From an uncultured Verrucomicrobiae bacterium (GTDB taxonomy: Bacteria; Verrucomicrobiota; Verrucomicrobiia; Chthoniobacterales; Chthoniobacteraceae), in contig CAVYKI010000004.1 of NCBI GenBank assembly GCA_963769025.1, positions 76,984-140,983 on the forward strand: 64,000 nucleotides of DNA, in the 5' to 3' direction. Below, in pieces: positions 49,171-60,734 of the stretch. Made by a program: the position numbers and the translations under genes. Under the pieces are notes generated by a model. The model was not told where the DNA came from, made no database searches, and saw only the letters and a list, made by a program, of their open reading frames with translations. Position 1 is the stretch's first letter. Every line of letters begins with the position of its first letter.

Positions 49171-50182
49171 CCTCGATGCGTCCTCGCGCCCAATGCGCGT
49201 GCTCGGCGATGAGCGGGTCGGGATCCTGTGCGGCGCATTCGAGCGCGGGCAGGTCGTCCGCGGTGCCGGTGTTGCCGAGCGCGACGCACACATTGCGGAG
49301 GAAGCGCGCGCGCTTGATGCGCTTGATGGGCGAGCCGCGGAAGAGCGTGCGGAACGCCTCGTCGTCGAGCGCGAGGAAATCGCGCAGGAGCATCCCGACA
49401 AACTCCCGCGCGGCAAAGCGCGCCTCGTGGGATTCCTGCGCAAAGCGGTTCCACGGGCACGCGTCGAGGCAGTCGTCGCAGCCGTAGATGCGGTCGCCGA
49501 GCAGCGGGCGGAGATGCTCGGGGATGGGGCCCTTGTTTTCGATGGTGAGGTAGGAAATGCAGAGGCGCGCATCGAGCTTCTGCGGCGCGGTGATCGCGCC
49601 GGTGGGGCAGGCGGTGATGCAGCGGGTGCATTTGCCGCAATGGTCGTGGGACGGCTCGTCCGGCGGGAATTCGATCGTCGTGAGGATCGTCGCGAGGAAG
49701 AGCCACGTCCCGAGCTTCGGGTGGATGAGCATCGTGCTCTTGCCATGCCAGCCCGCGCCGGCGCGCGCGGCAAAGTCGCGTTCGAGGACCGGGCCGGTGT
49801 CCACGTATTGCCGCTGCCTGCCGCCGTGAGTCTGGAGCCATGCATCGAGCTCCCACAGGCGCGGCTCGATGATGTCGTGGTAGTCGTCTCCCCAAGCGTA
49901 GCGCGCGATCCGGCCGGCGGCGGAGTGCGGCGCGAGGTCGCGCTGCCAGTAGTTCATTCCGAGCACGATGATGCTGCGCACGCCGGGCAGGACGAGTTGC
50001 GGGTCGGTACGGCGGTCTGCGTTTCGCGCGAGCCACGCCATGTCGCCGTGTTTTTCCTCGCCGAGCCATTCGCGAAACTCCGCAGCGTGCGGCGGCTTTT
50101 CCGCGGAAGCCACGCGGCACACGTCGAATCCCCGCGAGCGTGCCTCCGCGAGGAGTGCCGTCTTCAAATCCGTCGCGTTCAT
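49133..50182 (-). CDS. queG: Epoxyqueuosine reductase
   Basis: IARYAWGDDYH, VDTGPVLER, CGKCTRCITACPT, CISYLTIE, GCDDCLDACPWN. Confidence 0.96.
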   Translation of the reverse strand: MNATDLKTALLAEARSRGFDVCRVASAEKPPHAAEFREWLGEEKHGDMAWLARNADRRTDPQLVLPGVRSIIVLGMNYWQRDLAPHSAAGRIARYAWGDDYHDIIEPRLWELDAWLQTHGGRQRQYVDTGPVLERDFAARAGAGWHGKSTMLIHPKLGTWLFLATILTTIEFPPDEPSHDHCGKCTRCITACPTGAITAPQKLDARLCISYLTIENKGPIPEHLRPLLGDRIYGCDDCLDACPWNRFAQESHEARFAAREFVGMLLRDFLALDDEAFRTLFRGSPIKRIKRARFLRNVCVALGNTGTADDLPALECAAQDPDPLIAEHAHWARGRIEGRALSPKAPTTA

Positions 50183-50188
50183 CGGCCT

Positions 50189-50755
50189 TCAGGTCCGTGT
50201 GGGCTTCGGCCAGCGGAAGACGTTGCACGCCTCGTCCACGATTTTCGCGGTCACGTCCTCGTGGCGCAGCCGGGTGCTGTCCACTTGGAAATGCGCCACG
50301 CTTTCGTAAAGCGGCTGGCGTTCGGCCATCATGTCCAGCACGCGCTTGCGCGGATCCTCGACCTGCAGCAGCGGGCGTTCGGAATTTCGCGAAACGCGGC
50401 GGTAGATTTCCTCCGGGTCGGCCTTGAGCAGCACGACTAGTCCGAGCGCGCGCAGCAGCGGGATGTTCCCTGGCACGGTCACGATTCCGCCGCCGGTCGC
50501 GAGGATGTGCCCCTGCAAACCGCGCACGGAATCAAGCGCCGCCGTTTCGCATTCGCGAAAATGCGCTTCGCCGCGCTGCGCGAAAATCTCGGGGATGGTC
50601 ATGCCTTCGCGTTCCTCGACGAGCTTGTCCGTGTCGAGAAACCGGAACCGGAGTTGCCGAGCCAGCATGCGGCCGACGGTGGACTTGCCGCTGCCCATGA
50701 ATCCGACGAGGACAATATTCTCCGGCAAATCCGGGTTGTTCGTTGCGTCGGTCAT
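50189..50755 (-). CDS. aroK: Shikimate kinase
   Basis: LVGFMGSGKSTVG, GEAHFR, ATGGG, RPLL. Confidence 0.95.
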   Translation of the reverse strand: MTDATNNPDLPENIVLVGFMGSGKSTVGRMLARQLRFRFLDTDKLVEEREGMTIPEIFAQRGEAHFRECETAALDSVRGLQGHILATGGGIVTVPGNIPLLRALGLVVLLKADPEEIYRRVSRNSERPLLQVEDPRKRVLDMMAERQPLYESVAHFQVDSTRLRHEDVTAKIVDEACNVFRWPKPTRT

Positions 50756-50894
50756 CCGCGCAACATTCCGCGAGGCGCGCCGGGTGACTAGGGGAAAGTG
50801 AGCGCCCTGCCTGATGTATGCGGTCCTGATGGCGGAAGCGGGGCATGCGAACATGGGATTTGAGAAACACGCGCGCATTTGCGATAATGTGCGC

Positions 50895-52661
50895 ATGGGA
50901 TCTCCAAAGCGCATTCTCGGCGTCGAAGGCGGCGGCACCAAGACCGAGTGGATGCTGCTTTCCGGGGAGGCCGACGAACACCGGATCCTGGACGAAGGCA
51001 AGCTGCCGGGCTCGAACCTCCGGCTCATCACCGACGAGGCGCTCATGCGGCTTTTTTCGGTGCTGCCGAAGGACGTCACCCACGTCGGCGTATTTCTCGC
51101 GGGCTGCGCCACCGAGCAGGATCGCGCACGGTTGCGCGGGCTTGCGGAGAAGGCGTGGCCCGGGGCAGTGCTCGCGATCGGCAGCGATCGCGACTCGGGG
51201 CTTGCGACGTCGTCGGGTGCGGAAGACGGCATCGCGGTCATCGCGGGCACGGGCGCGGCGGTGTACGGGCGGCGAGGGGACCGTTTGGAAAAGGCGGGCG
51301 GCTGGGGGCATCTCCTCGGCGATCGAGGCGGCGGCTACGATCTCGCGATGCAGGGGCTTCGCGTGGTGCTGACGCATTACGACATGAACCAAAAGATCAC
51401 CCCGCTGGCTGAGGAAATCCTGCGCGCGCTGGCCCTGAACCGGCTCCCGGACCTCGTCGGGTGGGTGATGCAGGCCGACAAGATGAGCGTGGCCCGGCTC
51501 GCTCCGGCGATTTTTCACGCCGCAAAAAACGGGGAGCCGGAAATGATGGCGACGGTGCAGGCGGGCGCGGACGTGCTGGCGGAATTCACGCGCGCGGTGG
51601 CACAGCGGCTGGATTTCGCGAATGCGCCCGTGAAGCTGATCGGCGGCATCTTCACGCATCACCCGGAATACGTGGCGCGTTTCAAGTACCGGCTGGGCAT
51701 CCTGCTGCCGGATGCGGTGGTGAGCGTGTGCGGGACGAGCGGCGCGCTCGGCGCGGCGTGGCTGGCGGGCCGGGAGGCTGAAATCCGGAACTGGGAATAC
51801 GGAAGGGATTTGATCGGAATGGGTGCCGTGGCGGACGACGCGCCCGACCTTGCCAAGGCGACGACGGAGCAGGCGAATCCGCGGGCGGTGAATCTCGAGG
51901 AGCGGTCGACGGCGGAACTCGTGGACCTTTTTGCGAGCGAGGAGGACTGCGTCGCACGGGCGCTGACGGCATGCCGGGCGGAATTGATCGCGGCGATCGA
52001 CCTCACCGGCACGGCGCTGCTGGCCGGCGGCAGGCTTTTTTACATCGGCGCGGGAACGAGCGGGCGGCTCGGCGTGCTGGATGCGAGCGAGATTCCGCCG
52101 ACGTTCGGCGTGCCGCCCGATCTGGTGCAGGGAATTGTCGCGGGTGGTTTCACGGCGCTGCACCGCGCCGTGGAAGGTGCGGAGGATCAGCCGGCCGCGG
52201 GCGCACTCACGCTGCTGGATCGCGGCGTGCGCGCGGGCGATGTGGTCTGTGGCATCGCGGCCAGCGGCCGCACGCCCTTCGTGCTCGGCGCCCTGGCGCG
52301 TGCCCGCGAACTGGGCGCGCGGACGATCCTGCTGACGTGCAATCCCGAGCGGCATCGCGCGGAGCGGCCTTGGGACGTGGAGATCGATCTGCCGGTCGGG
52401 CCGGAGATCATCACCGGCTCGACCCGGCTGAAGGCGGGCACGGCGACGAAGGTGGCGCTGAACCTCCTTTCGACCTGCGCCATGATCCGCCTCGGCCACG
52501 TGCGCGGCAACGCGATGGTCGATCTGCACATCTCGAATGCCAAACTGCGCGACCGCGGCGTGCGGATCGTGAGCGCAGCCCTCGGCCTCGACTACGCAGA
52601 GGCACAGGCCCGCCTGGAGCGCGCCGGGTGGAATTTGCGCGCGTGTCTGGACTCGAAATAG
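50895..52661 (+). CDS. murQ: Fusion of BadF/BcrA-type N-acetylhexosamine kinase and N-acetylmuramic acid 6-phosphate etherase
   Basis: GVEGGGTKT..IAGTG..GGWGHLLGD; then TTEQANP, GAGTSGRLGVLDASE, GSTRLKAGTATK. Confidence 0.92.
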   Translation: MGSPKRILGVEGGGTKTEWMLLSGEADEHRILDEGKLPGSNLRLITDEALMRLFSVLPKDVTHVGVFLAGCATEQDRARLRGLAEKAWPGAVLAIGSDRDSGLATSSGAEDGIAVIAGTGAAVYGRRGDRLEKAGGWGHLLGDRGGGYDLAMQGLRVVLTHYDMNQKITPLAEEILRALALNRLPDLVGWVMQADKMSVARLAPAIFHAAKNGEPEMMATVQAGADVLAEFTRAVAQRLDFANAPVKLIGGIFTHHPEYVARFKYRLGILLPDAVVSVCGTSGALGAAWLAGREAEIRNWEYGRDLIGMGAVADDAPDLAKATTEQANPRAVNLEERSTAELVDLFASEEDCVARALTACRAELIAAIDLTGTALLAGGRLFYIGAGTSGRLGVLDASEIPPTFGVPPDLVQGIVAGGFTALHRAVEGAEDQPAAGALTLLDRGVRAGDVVCGIAASGRTPFVLGALARARELGARTILLTCNPERHRAERPWDVEIDLPVGPEIITGSTRLKAGTATKVALNLLSTCAMIRLGHVRGNAMVDLHISNAKLRDRGVRIVSAALGLDYAEAQARLERAGWNLRACLDSK

Positions 52662-52759
52662 CCGGGGCTCCCGCTGAGGCTGGGAAGGCCGAATAATCAT
52701 CTGGCGATCCTCACTCACCACTCGACACCCGCCGCGCGCCGCTTTTCACTCCGCGCCAC

Positions 52760-53248
52760 ATGAAATCAGGTCCGCTTGTCGCTGTCATCATGGGCAGCAA
52801 GTCCGATTGGGAAACGATGAGGCACGCCGTGGAATTTCTCGAAAAATTCGGGATTCCCCACGAGGCGCGCGTCGTGTCCGCGCACCGCACCCCGGCGCTC
52901 ATGGCGGATTACGCATGCGGCGCGGCGGGGCGGGGGATCCACGTCATCATCGCGGGTGCGGGAGGCGCGGCGCATCTGCCGGGGATGGTCGCGGCATTCA
53001 CGCATCTGCCCGTCCTCGGCGTGCCGGTGCAGAGCCGTGCGCTCAAGGGGCTGGATTCACTGCTGAGCATCGCGCAGATGCCTGCGGGGATTCCGGTCGG
53101 CACGCTCGCGATCGGCGAGGCGGGTGCGAAAAACGCGGGCCTGCTCGCGGCGGGCATCATCGCGCTGCACGACGAGCGCGTGCGCAAAAAGCTGATCGCA
53201 TTCCGCCGGAAACAAACTGCCGACGTGAAGGCCCAGAAGCTTCCATGA
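52760..53248 (+). CDS. purE: N5-CAIR mutase
   Basis: [31 protein letters not shown]. Confidence 0.97.
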   Translation: MKSGPLVAVIMGSKSDWETMRHAVEFLEKFGIPHEARVVSAHRTPALMADYACGAAGRGIHVIIAGAGGAAHLPGMVAAFTHLPVLGVPVQSRALKGLDSLLSIAQMPAGIPVGTLAIGEAGAKNAGLLAAGIIALHDERVRKKLIAFRRKQTADVKAQKLP

Positions 53249-54393
53249 GCGACGGACGGACGATTCTTCCCGGAGCCACGCTGGGTGTCATGGGCAGCGG
53301 GCAGCTCGGGCGCATGTTCGCCATCGCCGCGCGCCGCATGGGCTATCGCGTGCATACGTTTTCGCCGGACTACGACACGCCGACCGGGCAGGTCGCCGAC
53401 CGCGAGGTGACCGCGGGCTACGGTGACGAGGCCGCGGTGCGTGATTTCGCGAAAGGGATCGCCGTGCTCACCTTTGAATTCGAGAACGTGCCCTCTCAGA
53501 CCGTCGAATGGGCGTCCGAACACTGCCCGGTGCGGCCTTCCGGGAAGGTGCTGCACATCTGCCAGCACCGGTTGCGGGAAAAGGAATTCCTCGCCGGCGC
53601 GGGCATTCCCGTCGCGCCATTCCGGAAAATCGAGAGCGCAGCGCAGCTCGCGTCTGCCGCGGCGGAAATCGGAATGCCCGGCGTTCTGAAGACCGCGGCA
53701 TTCGGCTACGACGGCAAGGGGCAGCGCAAGCTCCGCGCCGGCGACGATCTCGCGGAGGCATGGCGGCCGTTCGAGGGCCAGCCGGCGGTGCTGGAAAAGT
53801 TCATCACATTTGAACGCGAGATATCGGTGATCGTCGCGCGCGGGATCGATGGCTCGGTGACGACCTGGCCCGTGTGCGAAAACGAACACGCGAATCACAT
53901 CCTGGACGTGACCGTCTGCCCGGCGCGCGTGCCGGATGCCGTCGCCGCGCGTGCAAGCGAGCTCGCGCGTTCCATCGCTCTCGCGCTGGATCTGGTCGGC
54001 GTCCTCGCGGTGGAGATGTTTTTGATGAATGACGGCGGCATCGTCGTGAACGAACTCGCGCCGCGTCCGCACAACAGCGGGCACTTCAGTTTCGACGCGA
54101 GCGTGACGAGCCAGTTCGAGCAGCAGGTGCGCGCGGTGTGCGGCCTGCCGCTCGGGAGCACGGAGTCGCTGCGCCCCGCGGCGATGGCGAATCTGCTCGG
54201 GGATCTGTGGGCCGGCGGGGAACCCGACTGGGCGGCGGCGGCTGCGTTTCCGGATGTGAAGATTCATCTCTACGGCAAGACCTCGGCGAAGCCGGGGCGG
54301 AAAATGGGGCACCTCACCGCATTCGGAGCCACGATCGAGGAAGCCGCCGCCACGGTCCGTGCCGCCCGCGCGGCGCTCCCGCGCAAGCCATGA
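53245..54393 (+). CDS. purK: N5-CAIR synthase
   Basis: [39 protein letters not shown]. Confidence 0.97.
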   Translation: MSDGRTILPGATLGVMGSGQLGRMFAIAARRMGYRVHTFSPDYDTPTGQVADREVTAGYGDEAAVRDFAKGIAVLTFEFENVPSQTVEWASEHCPVRPSGKVLHICQHRLREKEFLAGAGIPVAPFRKIESAAQLASAAAEIGMPGVLKTAAFGYDGKGQRKLRAGDDLAEAWRPFEGQPAVLEKFITFEREISVIVARGIDGSVTTWPVCENEHANHILDVTVCPARVPDAVAARASELARSIALALDLVGVLAVEMFLMNDGGIVVNELAPRPHNSGHFSFDASVTSQFEQQVRAVCGLPLGSTESLRPAAMANLLGDLWAGGEPDWAAAAAFPDVKIHLYGKTSAKPGRKMGHLTAFGATIEEAAATVRAARAALPRKP

Positions 54394-55386
54394 AGACGCA
54401 CACGGTCCCCACCGCCACGCCCTCGCAGATCCAGGACGCCGTCGAGTCCGCCGTGTATCTGCTCAGCGGCGGTTTCCCGGTCGCACTGCCGACGGAGACG
54501 GTGTACGGCCTCGCGGCGTGGGCGACGAATCCCGAGTGCGGTGCTGCGGGTTTTCAATGTGAAGGATCGGCCGAGTTTTGATCCGCTTATCGTGCATCTG
54601 CCGGATGCGGACTGGCTGGACGGCGTCGCGGCGATTCCCCCGCGCGATCGTCCGCTGGTGGACCGGCTCGTGAAAAGATTCTGGCCCGGCCCGCTCACGC
54701 TCGTGCTGCCGAAGAAGGATTTGATCCCAGACGTCGTGACCTCCGGACTCGAGACGGTCGCGGTGCGGATCAGTGCGCATCCGGTTTTCCGAGAGGTGAT
54801 TCAGGCGTTCGGCCAGCCGCTGGCGGCGCCGAGCGCGAACCGCTTCGGACGCATCAGCCCGACGACTGCGCGGCACGTGGCGGAGGAACTTGGCGGCAAG
54901 ATCCACATGATCGTGGACGGCGGCCCGACGATGCACGGCGTCGAGTCCACGGTGATCACGTTGCGGGAGGACAGCATCTGGATTCTCCGCAGCGGGCCGG
55001 TCACCGCGGAGGAACTGCGGCCCTTCGCCGCGCACGTGTCGGTCGCGAACCGCAGTTCGCTGCCGAATTCGCCGGGGCAATTGAAGAGCCACTACGCGCC
55101 GACAACGCCGCTGAAGCTCCTGAAGCAGGGCGTGCAGCCTGTGGCGGATGGCGCCGTCCGCACCGGCCTGCTCGCGTGGTGCAGCGACGATGATACCGAG
55201 GGTTTCAGCAACGTGGAGATTCTCAGCCGCACCGGCGATCTCAAGGCGGCGGCGGCGTCGCTTTTCGCGAAGCTGCGGCGGCTCGACAGCGCGGGGCTCG
55301 ACCTCATCGTGGCGGAGGCGGTGCCGGAGGAAGGCCTGGGCATCGCGATCATGGACCGTCTCCGGAAGGCCGCCGGACATGGCTGA
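54390..55386 (+). CDS. tsaC: L-threonylcarbamoyladenylate synthase (Sua5 type), one frameshift near 54540
   Basis: VALPTETVYGL / KDRPSFDPLIVH, WPGPLT, AAPSAN, PGQLKSHYAP. Confidence 0.92.
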
Positions 55387-56998
55387 AAAACTCCCCCGCA
55401 CAGGCAGGGCGACGGCGATCGTGGGTGCCGCGGTGATGTGCTCCCGGTTGCTCGGGCTCGCTCGGGAGATTCTGTTCAACGCGCTCTTCGGCACGAAGAC
55501 GCTGCAGTATTTCATCACGGCTTTCCGCGTGCCGAATCTGCTGCGCGACCTGTTCGCCGAGGGGGCGCTCTCGACGGCGTTCATCACCGTCTTCTCAAAG
55601 AAGATCGCCACCGAGGGCGAGCCGTCTGCGTGGAAACTCGCGAACCGCGTCGCCACGCTCACGCTGGTGGTGATGGGCCTCATCACGCTGGTCGGGATGC
55701 TCTTCGCGCCGCAGCTCATCGGCGTGCTCGCGGGCGGCTTCACGGGCGACGACGCGAAGCTCACGTCGCAGCTCACGACGGTGATGTTTCCCTTCATCCT
55801 CATGGTGTCGCTCGCGGCGCAGGTGATGGGGATGCTGAACTCCAAGCACGTCTTCGGCTGGCCCGCGATGGCCTCGTCGTTCTTCAACATCGGCAGCATC
55901 GCCGGCGGGCTGACCCTCGCGTGGTGGATGGATCACGGCTTCGGCCGGCATGCGCTGTTCGGGCTGGCGTGGGGGACGCTCATCGGCGGGTTTCTCCAAC
56001 TCGTGATCCAGTTTCCCTCGCTGCGCCGCATCGGCTACCGGCCGCGGCTGGATTTCAATTTCCGCGACTCGGGCGTGATGGAGGTGCTGCGCACGATGGC
56101 GCCGGCCGTGGTGGCCGCGAGCGCCGTGCAGGTGAACGTGATGGTGAACACGAGCTTCGCGACGCACTGCGAGGACGGCGCGGTCACGTGGCTGAACAAC
56201 GCGTTCCGCCTCATGCAGCTCCCGCTCGGCGTGTTCGGCGTGGCCATCGGCACCGTGACGCTGCCGTATCTCTCGCGCAGCGCGGCGCTCGGGAATCGCG
56301 ATGAATTCCGCGGTTCGCTGGCCCGCGGAATCCGTCTCGTGTTTTTTCTCACCGTGCCCGCGAGCGTGGGGCTGTGGATGCTCTCGGAGCCGATCCTGAG
56401 CGTCATCTACCAGCATAACAAAGTGACGTGGACGGACATCGAGCAAAGCGCCGCCGCGCTGCGCTACTACTCGATCGGCCTCGCGGCGTACGCGGGGATG
56501 AAGGTGCTCGCTCCGGCATTCTACGCCATCGGACGGCGCAAGACGCCGATGGTCGTCAGCTTCTTCGCCATCGGCCTCAACCTCGGGCTGAACTCGCTTT
56601 TCATCAGCCTCGGATACGGACACCGCGGCCTCGCGCTGAGCACGGGCTGCGTCGCGCTGTGCAATTTCTGCCTGCTCTACTGGTTCATGCGAAGGGAGGT
56701 CGCGGGCATGGAGACGAGGAAGCTGTTCCTGTCGCTGGCAAAAATCTTCCTCGCGAGCGACGCGCTGGCGCTCGTGTGCTGGGGTGGAAAGTGGCTGTTG
56801 CTCGAACGCTGGGAGACGATGGGGTTCCTCATGCGCACGAGCGCCCTCGGCCTCACGATAGGCGTCGGTCTCGCTGCGTTTTGCGCGGTCGCGTCGATGC
56901 TCGGGCTCCGGGAAATGCGCGACATCCTCGGTGCGGTCCGCGGGAAGCTTTCGCGCCGCGGCGCGCGCGGCGGATCGTCAGGCGAGGAAGCGCCCTAG
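55379..56998 (+). CDS. murJ: Lipid II flippase
   Basis: SRLLGLARE, AFRVPNLLRDLFAEGA, RLMQLPLGVFG. Confidence 0.95.
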   Translation: MAEKLPRTGRATAIVGAAVMCSRLLGLAREILFNALFGTKTLQYFITAFRVPNLLRDLFAEGALSTAFITVFSKKIATEGEPSAWKLANRVATLTLVVMGLITLVGMLFAPQLIGVLAGGFTGDDAKLTSQLTTVMFPFILMVSLAAQVMGMLNSKHVFGWPAMASSFFNIGSIAGGLTLAWWMDHGFGRHALFGLAWGTLIGGFLQLVIQFPSLRRIGYRPRLDFNFRDSGVMEVLRTMAPAVVAASAVQVNVMVNTSFATHCEDGAVTWLNNAFRLMQLPLGVFGVAIGTVTLPYLSRSAALGNRDEFRGSLARGIRLVFFLTVPASVGLWMLSEPILSVIYQHNKVTWTDIEQSAAALRYYSIGLAAYAGMKVLAPAFYAIGRRKTPMVVSFFAIGLNLGLNSLFISLGYGHRGLALSTGCVALCNFCLLYWFMRREVAGMETRKLFLSLAKIFLASDALALVCWGGKWLLLERWETMGFLMRTSALGLTIGVGLAAFCAVASMLGLREMRDILGAVRGKLSRRGARGGSSGEEAP

Positions 56999-57842
56999 GA
57001 TCGGCCGGAGCTTCGCCACCGTCTCCGCGGGCCAGATGCTGCGGTCGGTGATGAGTGCGCAGTCGAGCGCGCGATGTTCGGGCCAGTCGGCGTCCGCCGG
57101 GATGTGCTGGATCGCGCGGGCGATGATCTTCTTCGCAGCCGCGGCGTTCGCGTGGAGGTGCGCGATGACGGCATCCGCCGTGACGGGCTCCTCCTCGATC
57201 TTCCAGCAGTCGTAGTCGGTGATCATCGCCATCGTCGCCATCGCGATCTCGGCTTCGCGGCAGAGCTTGGCCTCGGCGAGATTCGTCATGCCGATTACGT
57301 CGAAGCCGAGCTTGCGGTTCGTCTCGCTCTCGGCGCGCGTGCTGAACTGCGGGCCGTCCATGTTCACGTAGGTGCCGCCGTCGTGGGCCTGTGCATCCCG
57401 CGGCTTTTGCTTCGCGGAAAAGAATCTCCCGGAGGGAAGTGGACAGCGGCTCGGCGAACGCGACGTGTCCGACGATTCCGCCGCCGAAGAACGTGTGGAT
57501 CTGGCTCGTGCGGTCGAAGAATTGGGACGGGATGACGATGTCCTCCGGCGCGTATTTTTCCTGCAACGAGCCGACCGCCGTGACGCAGATCACGAACCGC
57601 ACCCCGAGCGAGCGCAGCGCCCAGATGTTTGCGCGGTGCGGCAATTCGTGCGGCAGGATGCGGTGCCCGCGCGCGTGCCTCGGGAGGAAAAACACCTGCC
57701 GTCCTTCGAGCTGTCCGCCGATGATGACGTCGGACGGCGGGCCGAACGGGGTTTCGACGCGATGCTCCGTGATGTCGGTGAGGCCTTCGATCTGGTAAAG
57801 GCCGCTGCCGCCGATGATGCCGATGTGTGCTGGTTCTGACAT
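56978..57842 (-). CDS. mtnP: S-methyl-5'-thioadenosine phosphorylase, frameshifted near 57390-57440
   Basis: IGGSGLY, TPFG, LPRH, AVGSL / GPQFSTRAES, IGMT, TDYDCW. Confidence 0.92.
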
Positions 57843-57886
57843 GCGCCGAGCAAAGCAGACCCGGGCGCTCCGGGGGAAGGGCGGAG

Positions 57887-58775
57887 TTATTTTTCCGACG
57901 CGCCCTTCAGCAGCGCGATGAATTCCTTCATGCCCGGCGGGCGCGGGCGGTTGCGGCTGACGATCGTTGCGAGCGGGCGTGTCATCTTCGGCGATTCCAC
58001 TTCGATCGCTGCAAGCTGCCGGCTCGCGACTTCCGCGGCGACGGTGCGCGCAGGGACGATGGAGACGCCGCTTCCGATTTCCACCGCGCGCTTCACGGTC
58101 TCGATGTTGTCGAACTCGGTGACATGCGTGACCTTCACCCCGGCCTTCCGCAGGTAGCGGTCCGTCATCTTGCGCGTCGGCGTGTCGGGCTCGAATCCAA
58201 TGAAAGGCTCGCCGGCGACGGCGGTGAGCGCGATGCGCTTTTTGCCCGCGAGCGGATGCTTCGGATGGCAGATGACGACGAGTTCGTCCTCGTCGAAAAT
58301 CTCAAACATAATGCCCGGGCGCTTTGAGGGGAACGAGACGAGTCCGATGTGGGCCTCGCCGGATTCGATCATCTCGTACACCTGCACGGAGCGGCGGTAA
58401 TCCACCTGCACCGCGATGTCCGGATAGCGTTTGCGAAACACCGCGAGCCGCGGCGGGAAGCTCGTGGAGGCCGATGCTGAAAATCGAGGCGATGCGCAAT
58501 TCGCCCGAGAGCTCGTTTTTCAACTCGCTCAGCCGTCCCTCGAACGCGCTCCACGACGCGAGCATCTCCTTGCACGTCGCGTAAAAGGCGTGTCCCTCCG
58601 GCGTCGGCGCGACTCCGCTGCGGCTGCGTTCCAGCAGCGCGCAGCCAAAGCGCGTCTCGAGCGCGCGCACCTGCTGGCTCACGGCGCTCTGCGTGATGCC
58701 ATGCGCCGCTGCCGCCTTTGAAAAGCTGGCGGCATCGACGAGGTCGCAGAAGACCTTGAGAGAATCTACGTGCAT
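57887..58775 (-). CDS. LysR-family transcriptional regulator, frameshift near 58440
   Basis: SFSKAA..ITQSAVSQQVRALE HTH; DNIETVKRAVEIGSGVSIVP. Confidence 0.92.
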
Positions 58776-58808
58776 TTTGAAAATCGCTTGGGCAACAAGC
58801 GCGCGACC

Positions 58809-59577
58809 ATGAACCCGAGCGCTGAAACCGGCGAACAAAATCCCGGCGGATCGTCCATCGAGAGCCGCCTGGCCGCCGTGCAGGACCGAATCGCCGAGGC
58901 TGCGGCAAAGGCCGGGCGAGATGCCGGCGAGGTCACGCTTGTCGCGGTTTCAAAGACGCACCCGCCGGAGTCCGTGAGCGCGGCGCTGGCCGCGGGGAAC
59001 TCCATTTTCGGCGAGAGCCGCGTGCAGGAGGCGCGGGCAAAAATCCCGCTCGTGCCGGGCCGCGCACGCTGGCATTTCATCGGCCATCTCCAGCGCAACA
59101 AGGTCCGCCACGCGCTGCCGCTCTTTGAGCTCTTCCACGGCGTGGACTCGCTCGACATCGCCCGCGACATCGAGCGCATCGCCGCCGAGGACGGTGCGCG
59201 GCCGAATGTGCTGCTGGAGGTGAATGTCGCGGGCGAGGGGAGCAAGTTCGGCTTTTCGCCGGAGAAGCTCCGCACGCAGATCGAGGAACTGCTCGACGCT
59301 GAAGCGTCTGACCATCGAGGGCCTCATGTGCATCCCGCCGCCACAGCCGCGTGCGGAGATGGCGCGCAGGTTTTTCACCGCGCTGCGCGAATTGCGCGAC
59401 CAGTTGGAGAAGGAATTCCGCATTTCCCTGCCGCAGCTTTCGATGGGGATGAGCGGCGATTTCCCCGTGGCCATCGAGGAAGGCGCCACGCTCGTGCGCG
59501 TGGGGACGGCGATTTTCGGCGAACGCAGCGGCAAGACGTGGAAGCCCGAGCCAGGTGCTGCGAGCTACGACGACTGA
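58809..59577 (+). CDS. yggS: PLP homeostasis protein, frameshift near 59300
   Basis: LVAVSKT, FGESRVQE, WHFIGHLQRNK / LSMGMSGD..GATLVRVGTAIFG. Confidence 0.93.
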
Positions 59578-59716
59578 CGAGTGGCGGGTGGCGTGGCCAA
59601 TGGTAGCCGCCGACGGAACGAGGGGGCTGATCGGAATGCAGGAAGATGCTCGCGACCCTATTTGCACTCGCTCCCCGTAATCACTTGCCACGCCACCCGC
59701 CACCCGCCACTCGTCA
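59575..59716. repeat. Inverted heptamer-repeat element (family D)
   Basis: TGACGAGTGGCGGGTGGCGTGGC ... GCCACGCCACCCGCCACCCGCCACTCGTCA. Confidence 0.7.
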
Positions 59717-59721
59717 TCCCC

Positions 59722-60033
59722 ATGCCCGAACGCCTCCTGCCCGTGAATGTCGCCGTCATCGGCGGTGAAATCGCCATCGCCTGGAGCGACGGGCGCGAGT
59801 CGTATCTGCCTTTGCAAAGGCTCCGCGAGTCCTGCCCCTGCGCCGCGTGCTGCGGCGAGCCGGACGCGATGGGCAACGTCGTGAAGCCGCTGGTGCAGCA
59901 CTCGCCCGCGAGCTTTGAACTGCGCGGCTGGCAGCCTGTCGGCGGCTACGCGCTCCAGCTCACATGGGGCGACGGACATTCCACCGGCCTCTATTCCTTC
60001 CCGTATCTGAGACGGCTGGCAGACGGCGGATAA
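59722..60033 (+). CDS. DUF971 / GBBH-like N-terminal domain protein
   Basis: WSDG, LRESCPCAAC, VGGYAL..WGDGHSTGLY. Confidence 0.9.
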   Translation: MPERLLPVNVAVIGGEIAIAWSDGRESYLPLQRLRESCPCAACCGEPDAMGNVVKPLVQHSPASFELRGWQPVGGYALQLTWGDGHSTGLYSFPYLRRLADGG

Positions 60034-60062
60034 ACCTCCAGACGAGGGGACTGGCCGCTGGC

Positions 60063-60734
60063 TTACGCGCGCCTGCGCCGCCGCAACGCTGCGACCCCGA
60101 CGCACGCAATGCCGAACAGCGCCGTGCCGGGCTCGGGGACGGCCTCGATGGTGAGGCTGGCCGAATCCACGAAGCCGGGGTTACCCCCCAGCGGTGCTGC
60201 GTTGTAAGTGACTTGGGATACAAGCCAGCTCGTGTTGACGGGGATGGCTCCAGTTGCCGTGATTTGTTGCCACGTCGAATCGTCACCATCGAGCGTGAGG
60301 CTTCCATAAATGGTACTGATTTGGTCGGTATTGAAGTTGGTCCCGCTCAAAAAAGTCAGGCTTACGCCGGCTACAGCCCCGGTCACCAGATCTGAGGTAT
60401 TGAACAGGGCGTTGAGGTTGACGATTGCGCCGCCGGAGATGATGAGACCTGCGTACAGACTCACATCGGTGACTTGGGCGGTTTGGTAGGTGCCTCCGCT
60501 TCCAGTCATGCTGAGCATCTTCGTGCCCCCGGCCGGGGTGACGCCGGTGGTGGCAAGGGTGATGGTCGCCGCTTCAGCGCCCCATTCGCCCTGATTGGCG
60601 ACGAAATTGGAGAGCACGGTGGAAAAGCCGGACAGCGGATTGTTCTCGAAGCCGGGATCAACGATCAGGCTCGCTTGGGCCGTGGTCGCCGCACAGAAGA
60701 GTGCGAGGATGCGGGTGTGGATGTTGGGTTTCAT
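60063..60734 (-). CDS. PEP-CTERM sorting-domain protein
   Basis: Signal peptide; C-terminal VPEPGTALFGIACVGVAALRRRRRA. Confidence 0.93.
   Translation of the reverse strand: MKPNIHTRILALFCAATTAQASLIVDPGFENNPLSGFSTVLSNFVANQGEWGAEAATITLATTGVTPAGGTKMLSMTGSGGTYQTAQVTDVSLYAGLIISGGAIVNLNALFNTSDLVTGAVAGVSLTFLSGTNFNTDQISTIYGSLTLDGDDSTWQQITATGAIPVNTSWLVSQVTYNAAPLGGNPGFVDSASLTIEAVPEPGTALFGIACVGVAALRRRRRA

Noticed and set aside
54530..54550. Programmed frameshifting or pseudogene status for tsaC and the other split genes
   Set aside because: No slippery sequence evident, and core genes are affected sporadically; sequencing error is more parsimonious
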